Below are positions 16,984 through 28,955 of a DNA stretch of 59,959 nucleotides, one piece after another. The translations under genes and the position numbers were made by a program. Location of the stretch: positions 1 to 59,959 of the forward strand of contig JBAYGD010000016.1 of assembly GCA_041666865.1 (NCBI GenBank), written 5' to 3'. Numbering within the stretch: position 1 is the first letter of the stretch; each line of letters starts with the position of its first letter. The DNA comes from Candidatus Omnitrophota bacterium (GTDB lineage: Bacteria > Omnitrophota > Omnitrophia > Omnitrophales > Aquincolibacteriaceae). The notes below the pieces were generated by a model. The model made no database searches. It was not told the DNA's origin and was given only the letters and a program-made list of their open reading frames with translations.

Positions 16984-18099
16984 ATGTCGGTTGAGATGAC
17001 ACGAGATCGAGCGAAAGCGTATCAGAGGCAGAAGCAGGTGCTTCATCTGGTGCATTTGGCTGTGTCGCCGGCGATTCTCCTGCTTGCTGCTGTGACGCCG
17101 GTTTCGAGGCTTCTTCATCAGTGCGCCGTAGCGGCGGGAGGGCCTCCTTACGCGGTCCTAAGTTTTTATTTTCTTTTTCTGTCCCTGTTTCTCATGATCT
17201 TCGATCTTCCGTTCGATTTTTATTCCGGCTTCATCCTCGAACACCGCTTTGGGTTGTCGAACCAGAACCTGCGCGCGTGGATCGCGGATTTTCTCAAACG
17301 CTCGGTCCTGTCATTTGTTTTTTCCCTTGCCATGATTGCCGCACTCTATGCCCTGATTTGGCACTATCCGGCGCAGTGGTGGGTCATCGCGTGGGCGGCC
17401 TACGCGGTGGTCGGGTATGTCTTCGGAAAGCTTTTTCCCGTCCTGATCGTTCCGCTTTTCTACAAATACAGTCCCGTCGAGGACGGCTTCCTGCGAGAGC
17501 GGATCTTTGCGCTAGCGAAGCGCTACGGGATGCCCGTCGGGAACGTCTATTCGCTGAATCTAAGCCGTAAGACCAAAAAAGCGAACGCCGCATTCATGGG
17601 GATCGGCAGGACGAAACGGGTCATTCTGAGCGATACCTTGCTTGCGAACTTCACGCCCGAGGAGATCGAATCGGTTTTGGCGCACGAGCTCGGCCACTAT
17701 AAGCACCGGGACATTTGGCGTCAGCTCGGGTTCGGTCTCGTGGCGAGTTTTATCAGCTTTCTGTGCATTTTTCTCTGTATAGAACCCGTGGCGCGCGGGC
17801 TCGGATACGGAGGGGCGGGGGATTTGGGGGCGATGCCGGTTTTGTTTTTGGCCGGATCACTCCTCGGGCTCGTCCTGACGCCGCTTCAGAGCGCCTTTAG
17901 CCGGAGGATGGAGCGCGCGGCCGACCGGTTTTCGCTGGAGGCGTTTGCTTATCCGGACATTTTTATTTCGGCGATGGAGAAGCTCGGGGCCCTGAACCTG
18001 GCCGATCCTTCGCCGCATCCCGTTTATGAATGGTTTTTCTACAGCCATCCCTCGATTCCGAAGCGCGTCGCAATGGCTAGAAACTGGAAACGAACGTGA
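16984..18099 (+). CDS. M48 family (Ste24/HtpX-like) membrane metallopeptidase
   Basis: HELGHYKHRD zinc motif with multiple TM segments. GGAG lies 9 nt upstream of the ATG at 16984. Confidence 0.85.
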   Translation: MSVEMTRDRAKAYQRQKQVLHLVHLAVSPAILLLAAVTPVSRLLHQCAVAAGGPPYAVLSFYFLFLSLFLMIFDLPFDFYSGFILEHRFGLSNQNLRAWIADFLKRSVLSFVFSLAMIAALYALIWHYPAQWWVIAWAAYAVVGYVFGKLFPVLIVPLFYKYSPVEDGFLRERIFALAKRYGMPVGNVYSLNLSRKTKKANAAFMGIGRTKRVILSDTLLANFTPEEIESVLAHELGHYKHRDIWRQLGFGLVASFISFLCIFLCIEPVARGLGYGGAGDLGAMPVLFLAGSLLGLVLTPLQSAFSRRMERAADRFSLEAFAYPDIFISAMEKLGALNLADPSPHPVYEWFFYSHPSIPKRVAMARNWKRT

Positions 18100-19208
18100 A
18101 ACGCCTGATTTCCTGCCTTCTTGTTTTTTTGTGGTGGATGCCGGCAGCGTGCGCCGTGGAGGAAAAAAAGTCGGCGGCGCAGGAATCGCTCGAACGGCGG
18201 CAGCGCTCGGAGATCATGGGCTATTTCATGAAAGACCCCGGACAGGCCAAGCTTCCGGGAACGGCCATGGCCGTCGGCCTTTACAACCAGGCCGTGGGCC
18301 ATTTTCAGAAAAGCGAGTACGACCTCGCCCGCAAGGCCCTCGACGATTCTTTGCAGTATGATGCCATGAATCCGCTGGCCTACGAACTCATCGGCGACAT
18401 CGATAATCTCGAGCAGAAGCTGAAAGATGCCCGGCTAAACTATGAAACCGCCTACCGGATCGGCCCGAGTGACCGGATCAAGGAAAAGCTCGAAAAACTC
18501 GGCAAAGAGGAAGCGGTCGAAGGACAGTTGGCCCGCTACGACGAGGAGCATTTCGTCATCCAGTATCAGAAGACCGGCCAGCCCTACGAGGGGTTTGAGC
18601 TGCGCGAGCTCCTGCGCGAGACCTACCGGAACGTGTCCTCCGATCTGGGCTATTATTTTCAGCAGAAAATCACCGTGCTGCTCTACGACGACGAAGACTT
18701 TACCGCCCTGACGGGGATGCCGCCCTGGGTCGCCGGCCTTTACGACGGCAAGGTTCGCATTCCCATCAACCGCGAGGGTTTCGACAACCGCGATATCCGA
18801 ACCATTGCCGCGCACGAACTGACGCACGTTTTTGCGGGGATGCTGAGCGGGCGCCTGGCGCCTCCCTGGATCAATGAAGGGCTGGCCGTCTATGAGGAAA
18901 ACAAGGTCAAGCCCCGCGATCTGGTGATTTTCCGCGCGGCCGTCAAGACAGGCACCCTTTTCCCCCTGATCGAGCTCGTCGACCAAAAGAAGACGGCCGC
19001 CGTGACGGACCCCCTTCTGGAGGGGCTTTTTTACGAGCAGTCGTTCCAGCTCACGGACTATCTGATCGGCCGCTACGGCATGTTCAAAATCAAGCAGCTT
19101 TTAACGGAGTACGGGAAGGGTTTGGATTCGCAAGAGGTCCTTGAAAACGGTCTCGGGATCTCCATCGACCGCCTCGAACGCGAGTGGCGCGAATCACTCT
19201 CCGTATGA
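18096..19208 (+). CDS. secreted TPR-containing MA-clan (Peptidase_MA_2-like) metallopeptidase
   Basis: Signal peptide, HELTHV followed after 16 residues by E in PWINEGLAVYEE (gluzincin spacing). It has a GTGA overlap with the M48 gene. Confidence 0.6.
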   Translation: MKRLISCLLVFLWWMPAACAVEEKKSAAQESLERRQRSEIMGYFMKDPGQAKLPGTAMAVGLYNQAVGHFQKSEYDLARKALDDSLQYDAMNPLAYELIGDIDNLEQKLKDARLNYETAYRIGPSDRIKEKLEKLGKEEAVEGQLARYDEEHFVIQYQKTGQPYEGFELRELLRETYRNVSSDLGYYFQQKITVLLYDDEDFTALTGMPPWVAGLYDGKVRIPINREGFDNRDIRTIAAHELTHVFAGMLSGRLAPPWINEGLAVYEENKVKPRDLVIFRAAVKTGTLFPLIELVDQKKTAAVTDPLLEGLFYEQSFQLTDYLIGRYGMFKIKQLLTEYGKGLDSQEVLENGLGISIDRLEREWRESLSV

Positions 19209-19212
19209 TACA

Positions 19213-21177
19213 ATGCGCGGAATGCGAAAGTTACTCATTCTCCTTTTATTTTTGTCATTTTCCGTCCCCGGCGTCCTGCTCTATGCCCAGCAGGACACGC
19301 AGGTTACCGCTACGCTCGACAAGCGCTCGGCCGCTGTCAACGAAGAGGTCGCGCTGAGCATCAAAATTACGGGGGCGCAGGGCAACATCCAGGCTCCCAG
19401 GCTTCCCACCCTGCAGGGCTTCGACACCTTCTACACCGGCCGGTCCTCGCATTTTACTTTTGTCAACGGCCGGTCCACTTCCACCGTTGATTTCAGCTAC
19501 GTCCTGGTCGGCCGCAAGGAAGGCAACTTTACCGTGCCGGCGATCGAAGTCATCGTCAATAACCAGAGCTACAAGACCGTTCCGATGGAAATGACCGTCC
19601 GCGGCGCGGTCTCCCGTCCCGGCTATGCTCCTCAAGCGCCTGCGGCTCCGTCCCGCACGGCGGGAAATGCCCCGGCGGTGCCGTCGCCGCAATTGCCGAC
19701 GATGCCGCAGGGACAGAGCGCCGACGACGAACCGGTGGCGCCCGCGGGTTTTGTGCCCGACGACCAGAACATTTTTGCGAGCGCGACCGTCGACAAGACG
19801 ACCGTTTATCCGAACCAGCAGATCCTGCTTTCCTATTCCCTTTATACCCGCTACGACACCCGCTATGAAGGCTTTGAGGAAGAGCCCCAGGTCAGCGGCT
19901 TCTGGATCGAGGAGTTCCCTCAGGAGCGCGAGGTCAAGCGCGAGAACGTGCGCATGAACGGCCTGAAGTACATCAAGGCCGACATCCGCAAGATGGCGCT
20001 TTTCCCGACCGCCCCGGCCGAATACACCATCCAGCCCGGCACGCTGAAGACCACGATCCGGCAGGAGCCCGTGAACTCCAATGTCTTCGACGAATTTTTC
20101 AACGACAGTTTTTTTTCGGGAGGAAGTTTCTTCTCCCGGCGTGAGGGCCGTCTGCTCAAGCCGCCGGCGATTCATGTCACGGTGCTTCCGTTTCCCGAGG
20201 CCGGCAAGCCGGACGGATTCCAGGGCGCGGTCGGTAATTTCAAGATGGCAGCCGGGATCGACAAGCAGGCCCCCAAGCAAAATGAGCCTGTGACGCTCAA
20301 AATCGTGATCGAGGGCGAGGGCAATATCGAAACCTTGAACCGCCCGAAGGTGCCCGATCTGAAGGGCGTCCGCACCTACGACGGCGACACGAATTCGCAG
20401 TTGTTCCAGACCGGGGACGTGATCGGCGGGCGCAAGACGTTCGAGACCGTCTTCATTCCCACCGAACCCGGCAAGCTGGTGATTCCGAAGCTCGAGTTCA
20501 GCTTCTTCAACCCGAATACCCGCACCTATCAGACTCTGACGACGCCCGAGTATGTCCTCATCGTCGAAAAGTCCGGCGAGGCCTTCAAGATGCCGGTTTC
20601 CTTGAGCCGTAAGGACGAATTCAAGAAGGAGGTCGAGCTCGAAAGCCAGGACATCCGCTTCATCGAAGAAAGAACGCCTGAGGAGAAGAAGGCGCGGTGG
20701 GTGGCCCACGCGGTCAGGATTTTGGGCGCGGCCGACGTCCTGCTTTTTGCGGCGCTTCTTGCCGGCTTCTGGCAAAGCTACCAGGAAAAGGTCTTTGCCA
20801 AAAACAGCGGCCTCAAAAGGCGGCGTTTCGCCCGGCAGACCGCCATGGAGCGCATTCGCAAGATGGGCAAGCTTTCGCACTCGCGCAAGAGCGAGGATAC
20901 GACGGAATATTTTGAAGAGATCGACAAAACCCTGACCCATTATCTTGCCGACAAGTTCGGGCTCTCGGCTTACGGCACGACGCGCCAGGACCTCGAGGCC
21001 ACCCTGCTTACGGCACTCGGGGCCGAGGATCCGCTTTATCTCGACATTATGTCGATTTACCAGATTTGCGATGAATCGCGGTTTGCGAAGGCCAGCGTGG
21101 CCCAGGAACACAAAGCGAAGGCGATGAAAATTTTGAAGACCGCCATTTCGCGCGTGGAGAGGATACGGATCCGATGA
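19213..21177 (+). CDS. batD: BatD-family (oxygen tolerance) protein
   Basis: Signal peptide and repeated beta-rich modules (VTATLDKRSAAVNEEVALSIKITG...GNFTVPAIEV), plus a C-terminal TM segment. The architecture matches BatD. Confidence 0.6.
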   Translation: MRGMRKLLILLLFLSFSVPGVLLYAQQDTQVTATLDKRSAAVNEEVALSIKITGAQGNIQAPRLPTLQGFDTFYTGRSSHFTFVNGRSTSTVDFSYVLVGRKEGNFTVPAIEVIVNNQSYKTVPMEMTVRGAVSRPGYAPQAPAAPSRTAGNAPAVPSPQLPTMPQGQSADDEPVAPAGFVPDDQNIFASATVDKTTVYPNQQILLSYSLYTRYDTRYEGFEEEPQVSGFWIEEFPQEREVKRENVRMNGLKYIKADIRKMALFPTAPAEYTIQPGTLKTTIRQEPVNSNVFDEFFNDSFFSGGSFFSRREGRLLKPPAIHVTVLPFPEAGKPDGFQGAVGNFKMAAGIDKQAPKQNEPVTLKIVIEGEGNIETLNRPKVPDLKGVRTYDGDTNSQLFQTGDVIGGRKTFETVFIPTEPGKLVIPKLEFSFFNPNTRTYQTLTTPEYVLIVEKSGEAFKMPVSLSRKDEFKKEVELESQDIRFIEERTPEEKKARWVAHAVRILGAADVLLFAALLAGFWQSYQEKVFAKNSGLKRRRFARQTAMERIRKMGKLSHSRKSEDTTEYFEEIDKTLTHYLADKFGLSAYGTTRQDLEATLLTALGAEDPLYLDIMSIYQICDESRFAKASVAQEHKAKAMKILKTAISRVERIRIR

Positions 21178-21959
21178 AGCAAAAAACCGGGAAAATCTTT
21201 TTTGGGCTTGCAGTCCTGGCGGCGTCCGTCATGACGGCCGTGCCCGCGTCACTGGCTTGGGACAAGGCAGGCCAGGCAAAATGGGAAAGCGCGAACCAAA
21301 GCTACCGGGACGGCCGCTACGAGGAGGCGCTTGCCGGCTATCAGGAGCTTGCCAAAGACCACCCCCGGGCAGCGTCCGTTTATTACAATCTCGGAAACAC
21401 CTTTTTCCGCATGAAGAAGATGGGGCAGTCGATCCTCTATTACGAGATGGCCCTCGACCGGGCGCCCCGGAACGCCGACATCCGCGTGAATCTCGACTAT
21501 GCCCGGAGCCTTTCGCAGTACAAAATGGACGACAAAAGGAACTGGTATTTGAAGGCCATCGAGAGTCTCGTCCACTACTGGACGGAGGACGAGGTATGGG
21601 CCGTCTTTTTGGCCAGTTTGTTTTTATTCCTTGTCGCTTGGGTGTGGGTGAGCTGGTTCCGCAGGGGGCTTCCCTGGGGCTGGCTCCGGAAATTTTTGCT
21701 GGTGATGACCCTTCTTTTCGGTGCGCTTTGTGCGGCCAAGTACGCGCAGACGCACGTGATCCGGGATGCGATCATTTTGCTCGACCAGGCGGAGGTCCGT
21801 TACGGGCCTTCGCTCGGGGACCAGGTGGCGTTCCGGCTTGGGGAGGGGCTCAAGGTTTATGTCCTCGAACGCCGTGCCGACTGGAGCCGAATCCTTCTTC
21901 TGAACGGTGAAAGCGGCTGGGTCCAAAACGTCCATATCGGAGAGGTCCGCGTCCCATGA
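21174..21959 (+). CDS. batE: TPR plus SH3b protein, BatE-like
   Basis: Signal peptide, TPR repeats ([25 protein letters not shown]), TM segments and a C-terminal SH3b-like region ([14 protein letters not shown]). It has an ATGA overlap with batD. Confidence 0.55.
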   Translation: MKQKTGKIFFGLAVLAASVMTAVPASLAWDKAGQAKWESANQSYRDGRYEEALAGYQELAKDHPRAASVYYNLGNTFFRMKKMGQSILYYEMALDRAPRNADIRVNLDYARSLSQYKMDDKRNWYLKAIESLVHYWTEDEVWAVFLASLFLFLVAWVWVSWFRRGLPWGWLRKFLLVMTLLFGALCAAKYAQTHVIRDAIILLDQAEVRYGPSLGDQVAFRLGEGLKVYVLERRADWSRILLLNGESGWVQNVHIGEVRVP

Positions 21960-23146
21960 AAAAGAATCCCGATTCGGCGGGAAGGTTCGGCATCTACGGG
22001 GGAAGCTATGTGCCCGAAACTCTCGTCAAGGCCCTCCATGAGCTGACCCGGGCGTGGCAGTCCCTCAAAAAGGAGAAGCGTTTCCGCGGGGAGCTGAACG
22101 CCATTTTACGAGATTACGCCGGGCGGCCGACGCCGGTCTATGAAGCAAAAAATCTGACGGCCCACTTTGGGAGGGCACGGCTCTTCCTCAAGCGCGAAGA
22201 CCTTTGCCATACAGGCGCGCATAAAATCAACAATACGCTCGGGCAGGGGCTTCTGGCCAAGCGGCTCGGTAAGCGGCGGATCATTGCCGAAACCGGCGCC
22301 GGCCAGCACGGAGTCGCGAGCGCGACCGCGGCCTGCGTCTATGGCCTCGAGTGCGTGGTTTACATGGGCGAGGAGGACATTCGGCGCCAAGCCCTGAACG
22401 TCTATAAAATGAAACTCCTCGGGGCCACGGTCGTTCCGGTCACGAGCGGCTCGAAGACTCTCAAGGACGCGACCAACGAGGCCATCCGCGACTGGGTGGG
22501 GAGCGTGGAAAATACGCACTACATGATCGGCTCCGTGGTGGGGCCGCATCCTTACCCGATGATGGTCCGTGATTTTCAGTCGGTGATCGGCCTCGAGACG
22601 CGCGCGTGGTTTAAGAAGAGGATCGGAAAGCTTCCCAATTACCTCGTCGCTTGCGTGGGCGGCGGCAGTAACGCGATGGGCTTTTTTAGTCCGTTCCTGG
22701 CCGACCGGCGCGTCCGCATGATCGGGGTCGAGGCCTCGGGCGAGGGTTTGTCGTCAGGCCGCCATGCGGCTTCGATCACGCTCGGTTCCGTGGGGATTCT
22801 CCACGGGATGAAAAGTTACTTGCTTCAGAACAAAGACGGACAGGTCCAGCTCGCGCATTCGATTTCGGCAGGGCTCGATTATCCCTCGGTCGGCCCGGAG
22901 CACGCGTGGCTCAAGGACACGGGCCGGGCGCGCTACATGACCTGCACCGACCGGGAAGCGCTCGAAGGCTTCCGCCTGCTCACCGAGCTCGAGGGCATCC
23001 TCCCGGCGCTCGAGCCGGCGCACGCGCTTGGCATCCTCAAGCGGCTCATGCCGCGTACGAAGAAGACCGAGACCGTCGCACTTTGTTTGTCCGGCCGCGG
23101 CGACAAGGACATGGATACAGTCAGAAAGTTTATTGCAAAAAGCTAG
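21956..23146 (+). CDS. trpB: tryptophan synthase beta chain
   Basis: PLP-lysine motif HTGAHKINN, plus GAGQHGVA and GGGSNA. It has an ATGA overlap with the batE-like gene. Confidence 0.95.
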   Translation: MKKNPDSAGRFGIYGGSYVPETLVKALHELTRAWQSLKKEKRFRGELNAILRDYAGRPTPVYEAKNLTAHFGRARLFLKREDLCHTGAHKINNTLGQGLLAKRLGKRRIIAETGAGQHGVASATAACVYGLECVVYMGEEDIRRQALNVYKMKLLGATVVPVTSGSKTLKDATNEAIRDWVGSVENTHYMIGSVVGPHPYPMMVRDFQSVIGLETRAWFKKRIGKLPNYLVACVGGGSNAMGFFSPFLADRRVRMIGVEASGEGLSSGRHAASITLGSVGILHGMKSYLLQNKDGQVQLAHSISAGLDYPSVGPEHAWLKDTGRARYMTCTDREALEGFRLLTELEGILPALEPAHALGILKRLMPRTKKTETVALCLSGRGDKDMDTVRKFIAKS

Positions 23147-23148
23147 GG

Positions 23149-23270
23149 AGCCGAAGAAAGGTTTCGGAAAAACAATTAGCACCGTTTCCGAGACGAGGAG
23201 ATCTGCGAACAAACCGTGAGGTCCGGGAGCTCCGAGCGAGGCGGTGCGTTTTGGAGGAACCTTTCTTCGG
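23149..23270 (-). repeat. palindromic intergenic repeat, copy B (inverted relative to copy A)
   Basis: Terminal stem gccgaagaaaggtttc/ggaacctttcttcggc. Its reverse complement aligns with 10433-10556. It starts 3 nt after the trpB stop and separates trpB from trpA. Confidence 0.8.
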
Positions 23271-23311
23271 CGACCGGCGAAGATTTAAGTAGCTACGAAA
23301 GGGAATAAAAA

Positions 23312-24112
23312 GTGAAGAATCGATTGTTGACGAGAATTCGTGAGGTGCGTTTGAAGCGGCAGAAGCTTTTCTGCGCGTTTCTGACGCTGGGTTATCCTTC
23401 CATTTCCGCCGTCAAAGGGATGATCCTCGAATTCGAGAAACTCGGTGTGGATATCCTCGAACTCGGGTTTCCGTACTCGGATCCTCTGGCCGACGGCCCG
23501 ACCATCCAGTTTTCTTCCGAAGCGGCTTTGCGCAGGAAAGTGACCCTCGAAGATGCTTTCCGGACCGTCGAAATGCTCCGGCGCATGGGGCTTCGCATGC
23601 CGGTGATCTTTTTTTCGTACCTCAATCCCATCTATCATTACGGGATGAAGGCCTTCGTGAAGCGCGCCAAGCGCGCCGGCTTTGACGGCCTCATCATTCC
23701 CGATCTCCTTCCGGGAAGCGAACCGGTTCTCGAAGCGGCCTGCCGTGAAAGCGGTCTTTGCCGCACTTTTTTGGCGGCCCCGACGACCCCCAAAGCGCGG
23801 GCCGTGCAATTGGCCAGGAAGTCAAAGGGCTTTGTGTATTTTGTCTCGACGAGGGGAGTGACCGGCGCGCGTAAGGCGGTTCCCGCGGATATCCGGGCCT
23901 CGATTCGCGCCATGAACAGGGCCTGCCCGACGCCTGTCCTGATCGGTTTCGGTGTCTCTTCGCCCGAGCAGGCCAAAATCTTCGCGGCGATGAGCCAAGG
24001 GGTGATTGTCGGTAGCGCCATCATCGACCGGATTCGAAAAGCGGGGGGGCGCACGGCATCGGCGGTGCGCTTTGTGGACGAAATGGTTCGTGCTGTGAAA
24101 GAGAAACAGTGA
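23312..24112 (+). CDS. trpA: tryptophan synthase alpha chain
   Basis: LELGFPYSDPLADGPTIQ, YFVSTRGVTG and GFGVS are present. It uses a GTG start preceded by AAGGGA. Confidence 0.93.
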   Translation: MKNRLLTRIREVRLKRQKLFCAFLTLGYPSISAVKGMILEFEKLGVDILELGFPYSDPLADGPTIQFSSEAALRRKVTLEDAFRTVEMLRRMGLRMPVIFFSYLNPIYHYGMKAFVKRAKRAGFDGLIIPDLLPGSEPVLEAACRESGLCRTFLAAPTTPKARAVQLARKSKGFVYFVSTRGVTGARKAVPADIRASIRAMNRACPTPVLIGFGVSSPEQAKIFAAMSQGVIVGSAIIDRIRKAGGRTASAVRFVDEMVRAVKEKQ

Positions 24113-24150
24113 CGGAGTGACATGACGATTCACAGTGAGGTCTCCGCCCG

Positions 24151-24567
24151 ATGAGTGCTTATTTAGGGCTGGATTTCGGCCGCGAGAGAATCGGGGTTGC
24201 GGTTTCTGACGAAAGCGGTACAATCGCTTCCGGGCTTTTGTGCCTGCGGTTTCAGAGTCAGAAAGGCCTGCTCGAGGACCTCCGGAAGCTTGCGGCCGAG
24301 TACAAGCCCGCCGCCTTTGTGGCCGGGCTTCCCAAGACGCTCGACGGCCGGATCGGCCCGTCGGCCGAGTTCGTCATGAAGCACGTCGACTGGCTGCGGC
24401 CGCATTTTGAGACGGAATGGGTCTACTGGGACGAAAGGTTGACGACCGCTGAGGTCGAGCGAATGCTTATTGCCGCGGACGTGTCGCGCGAGCGGCGCCG
24501 CGAAGTGCGCGACCAGCTGGCCGCTCAAAGAATTTTGCAAGGCTATCTCGATTCGAGGAGAACATGA
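24151..24567 (+). CDS. ruvX: Holliday junction resolvase-like protein RuvX/YqgF
   Basis: LGLDFGRERIGVAVSD at the N-terminus, 138 aa, with a C-terminal AAQRILQGYLD. Confidence 0.9.
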   Translation: MSAYLGLDFGRERIGVAVSDESGTIASGLLCLRFQSQKGLLEDLRKLAAEYKPAAFVAGLPKTLDGRIGPSAEFVMKHVDWLRPHFETEWVYWDERLTTAEVERMLIAADVSRERRREVRDQLAAQRILQGYLDSRRT

Positions 24568-25841
24568 ACTATATTCTGAATACCCTGGCCAACGGCGTGC
24601 GCGTCGTGACGGTTCCGATGCGGGAGAGAACGTCGGCATCTGTCGCCGTGTGGGTTCGGACCGGCAGCCGGTACGAGTCCGAAAAGGCGGCCGGCATTTC
24701 CCACATGCTCGAGCACATGGTCTTCAAAGGGACCGAAACCCGGACGACCCGCCAGATCAAGCAGGAGGTCGAGGGGGTCGGCGGCATGCTGAATGCCTAC
24801 ACGGCTGAGGAATCGACTTGCTATTTCGCGAAGCTTTTGCGGGAACACTACCCGAAGGCGCTCGATGTGCTTGCCGACATGGTCAACCATGCGACCATCG
24901 TTTCGAGTGAGTTCGAACGCGAGCGAGGCGTCATCCTGGAAGAAATTAAGATGTACCGCGACCAGCCGTCGCATTACGTGCACGAGCTGATCGGCGAACT
25001 GCTGTGGCCGCACCAGGCGATCGGGCGGCCGATCTCCGGATCGATCGAGTCGGTGAGCGCGATGAAGCGCTCCGATGTCCTGGAATACCGGGACCGTTAT
25101 TACCGGCCCAAGAACATCCTGGTGGCAATCTCCGGGGGCGTTCATCCCGAAGACGTTGTGCCCCGCGTCGAGGCTCTCTTTTCGGCCAAAGAGCCGGGCC
25201 AGGCCTCGTCGTTCGAGAAGGCCATCTCGCGGCAAAGCGGGCCCAGGACGCATTTTTTGCTCAAGGATACCGAGCAGACCCATTTCGTGGTTGGCCTGCA
25301 CGGCCTGGCGCGTTCGAGCCCTCACCGGTACCCGCTCGGCCTGCTTAATGTTATTCTCGGCGCGAACATGTCGAGCCGTCTCTTCGAAGAGGTCCGTGAG
25401 AAAAGGGGGCTGGCGTACGAAATCCGCTCGGGGCTCCATTTTTTTGACGACACCGGCGCTTTTACCGTTTCAGCCGGGGTGGAAACCGCCAAGGCGCCGC
25501 AGGCGATGGCGGTCATCATGCGCGAGCTTGGGAAGGTCTGCCGGAAGCCGGTGAGCGAGCAAGAACTGAGGCGGGCCAAGGATTATTTCATCAGCCAGCT
25601 CTCCATGGCGCTCGAGGATACGCTCGAGCATCTGCTGTGGGTGGGCGAGTACGCCCTGTGCCGGCAGAAGCTCCCCGACTGCGACAAGATCCGCGCCAAC
25701 GTCGAGGCTGTGACGGCCGTGCAGATTCAGCAGATCGCGGTGCAGCTTTTCAGGACCGCGAACCTGAACCTGGCCCTCATCGGGCCGGTCAAGGCCGCGC
25801 TCGAAAAAAAGATCCGCGCCGAGTTCGAAATTCCCGTATGA
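24564..25841 (+). CDS. M16 family (pitrilysin/insulinase-like) zinc peptidase
   Basis: Inverted zinc motif HMLEHMVFKGT, and EEIKMYRDQP. Confidence 0.85.
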   Translation: MNYILNTLANGVRVVTVPMRERTSASVAVWVRTGSRYESEKAAGISHMLEHMVFKGTETRTTRQIKQEVEGVGGMLNAYTAEESTCYFAKLLREHYPKALDVLADMVNHATIVSSEFERERGVILEEIKMYRDQPSHYVHELIGELLWPHQAIGRPISGSIESVSAMKRSDVLEYRDRYYRPKNILVAISGGVHPEDVVPRVEALFSAKEPGQASSFEKAISRQSGPRTHFLLKDTEQTHFVVGLHGLARSSPHRYPLGLLNVILGANMSSRLFEEVREKRGLAYEIRSGLHFFDDTGAFTVSAGVETAKAPQAMAVIMRELGKVCRKPVSEQELRRAKDYFISQLSMALEDTLEHLLWVGEYALCRQKLPDCDKIRANVEAVTAVQIQQIAVQLFRTANLNLALIGPVKAALEKKIRAEFEIPV

Positions 25842-25851
25842 GGAAAACACG

Positions 25852-26505
25852 ATGACGAATCCCGGAAGAAAAATTTGGATTGCCCCGAGTCTTCTCTCGG
25901 CCGACTTCGGCCGCTTGGCGGAAGAAATCCGCTCGATCGAAGAGGCCGGGTGCGACCTTCTCCATGTCGACGTCATGGACGGGCATTTCGTTCCCAACAT
26001 CACGATCGGCCCCGTCGTCGTCCAGTCGATCCGAAAATATGCCACGCGACCTCTCGATGTTCACCTCATGATCGAAAATCCCTCGCGCTATATCGAGGAG
26101 TTCCGCCGCGCGGGCTCCGACTGGATCACCATTCACGTTGAGGCCGAGCCCGACATCGCCGGCACGCTTGCAAAAATCAGGAGCCTGGGCGCCAAGGCGG
26201 GTCTGTCGCTTCGGCCCAAAACTCCTTTGAGCGCGATTGAACCTTATTTGTCCCAGGCTGACCTTTTGCTCGTCATGTCGGTGGAGCCGGGATTCGGCGG
26301 GCAGTCGTTTATGCCCGACATGATGGAGAAAGTCCGGGCTCTGCGTCCGAAATACAAAGGGCTGATTTCCGTCGATGGCGGCGTCAACCTCAAGACCGTG
26401 GACGAAGTCCTGCGCGCCGGCGCCGACATCATCGTGTCGGGGACCGGGGTCTTCGGCGAAAAGGACCGCCCGGCTGCCATCCGCCGGCTGCGGGAGGTTT
26501 CGTAG
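25852..26505 (+). CDS. rpe: ribulose-phosphate 3-epimerase
   Basis: APSLLSADF, HVDVMDGHFVPN, MSVEPGFGGQ and VDGGV are present. Confidence 0.95.
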   Translation: MTNPGRKIWIAPSLLSADFGRLAEEIRSIEEAGCDLLHVDVMDGHFVPNITIGPVVVQSIRKYATRPLDVHLMIENPSRYIEEFRRAGSDWITIHVEAEPDIAGTLAKIRSLGAKAGLSLRPKTPLSAIEPYLSQADLLLVMSVEPGFGGQSFMPDMMEKVRALRPKYKGLISVDGGVNLKTVDEVLRAGADIIVSGTGVFGEKDRPAAIRRLREVS

Positions 26506-26508
26506 CCG

Positions 26509-28293
<1,785 letters not shown>

Positions 28294-28953
28294 ATGAATT
28301 TTAATACTCTGCTGAATACGAACGTTTTGATCGCGCTTGCGGCCGTCGCGCTCCTGGTGTCCTACCGCCGGAAATTTTTCCGGGAGTGGCAGCGCTTCCG
28401 GCTCGATCGGCGCGCCTGGCTCTACGAGAAGTGGAAAAACTGGGGCGAGCCCTTCGTCGTGGCCGCCATCCTTGCCGTCATTATCCGGACTTTTCTGGTG
28501 GGGCCCTATAAGATTCCGACCGGCTCCATGCGCCCGACCTTCCTCGAGGAAGACAAGATCTTCGTGGACAAAATTTCCTACCGGTTCCACGAGCCCGTGC
28601 GCGGGGACATCATCGTCTTCAGGTATCCGATGGACCGCAAAAAGGATTTCGTGAAGCGCCTGGTGGGGCTTCCCGGCGAAAAAATTCAGATCACGGACGG
28701 AAAACTGGTGGTGAACGGCCGGGAGCTCGGCGAGGCCCCGTTCGCCGACCACTACTATTATAATCGCGAAGACTGGCCCTACGGCAAGATGGGCCAGGTC
28801 ATCGAGGTCCCCGAGGGGCACTATTTTGCGCTGGGCGACAATTCCGCGCAGTCCTCCGACAGCCGCAACTGGGGATTTGTGCCGCGTAAAGACGTGATCG
28901 GCAAGGCCTTTTGCATCTGGTGGCCGCCTCAGCGCATCAAGCTTACCGACTGA
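28294..28953 (+). CDS. lepB: signal peptidase I
   Basis: GSMRPTF (catalytic Ser), KRLVGLPGE (catalytic Lys) and GDNSAQSSDSRNWGFV. Confidence 0.9.
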   Translation: MNFNTLLNTNVLIALAAVALLVSYRRKFFREWQRFRLDRRAWLYEKWKNWGEPFVVAAILAVIIRTFLVGPYKIPTGSMRPTFLEEDKIFVDKISYRFHEPVRGDIIVFRYPMDRKKDFVKRLVGLPGEKIQITDGKLVVNGRELGEAPFADHYYYNREDWPYGKMGQVIEVPEGHYFALGDNSAQSSDSRNWGFVPRKDVIGKAFCIWWPPQRIKLTD

Positions 28954-28955
28954 CC

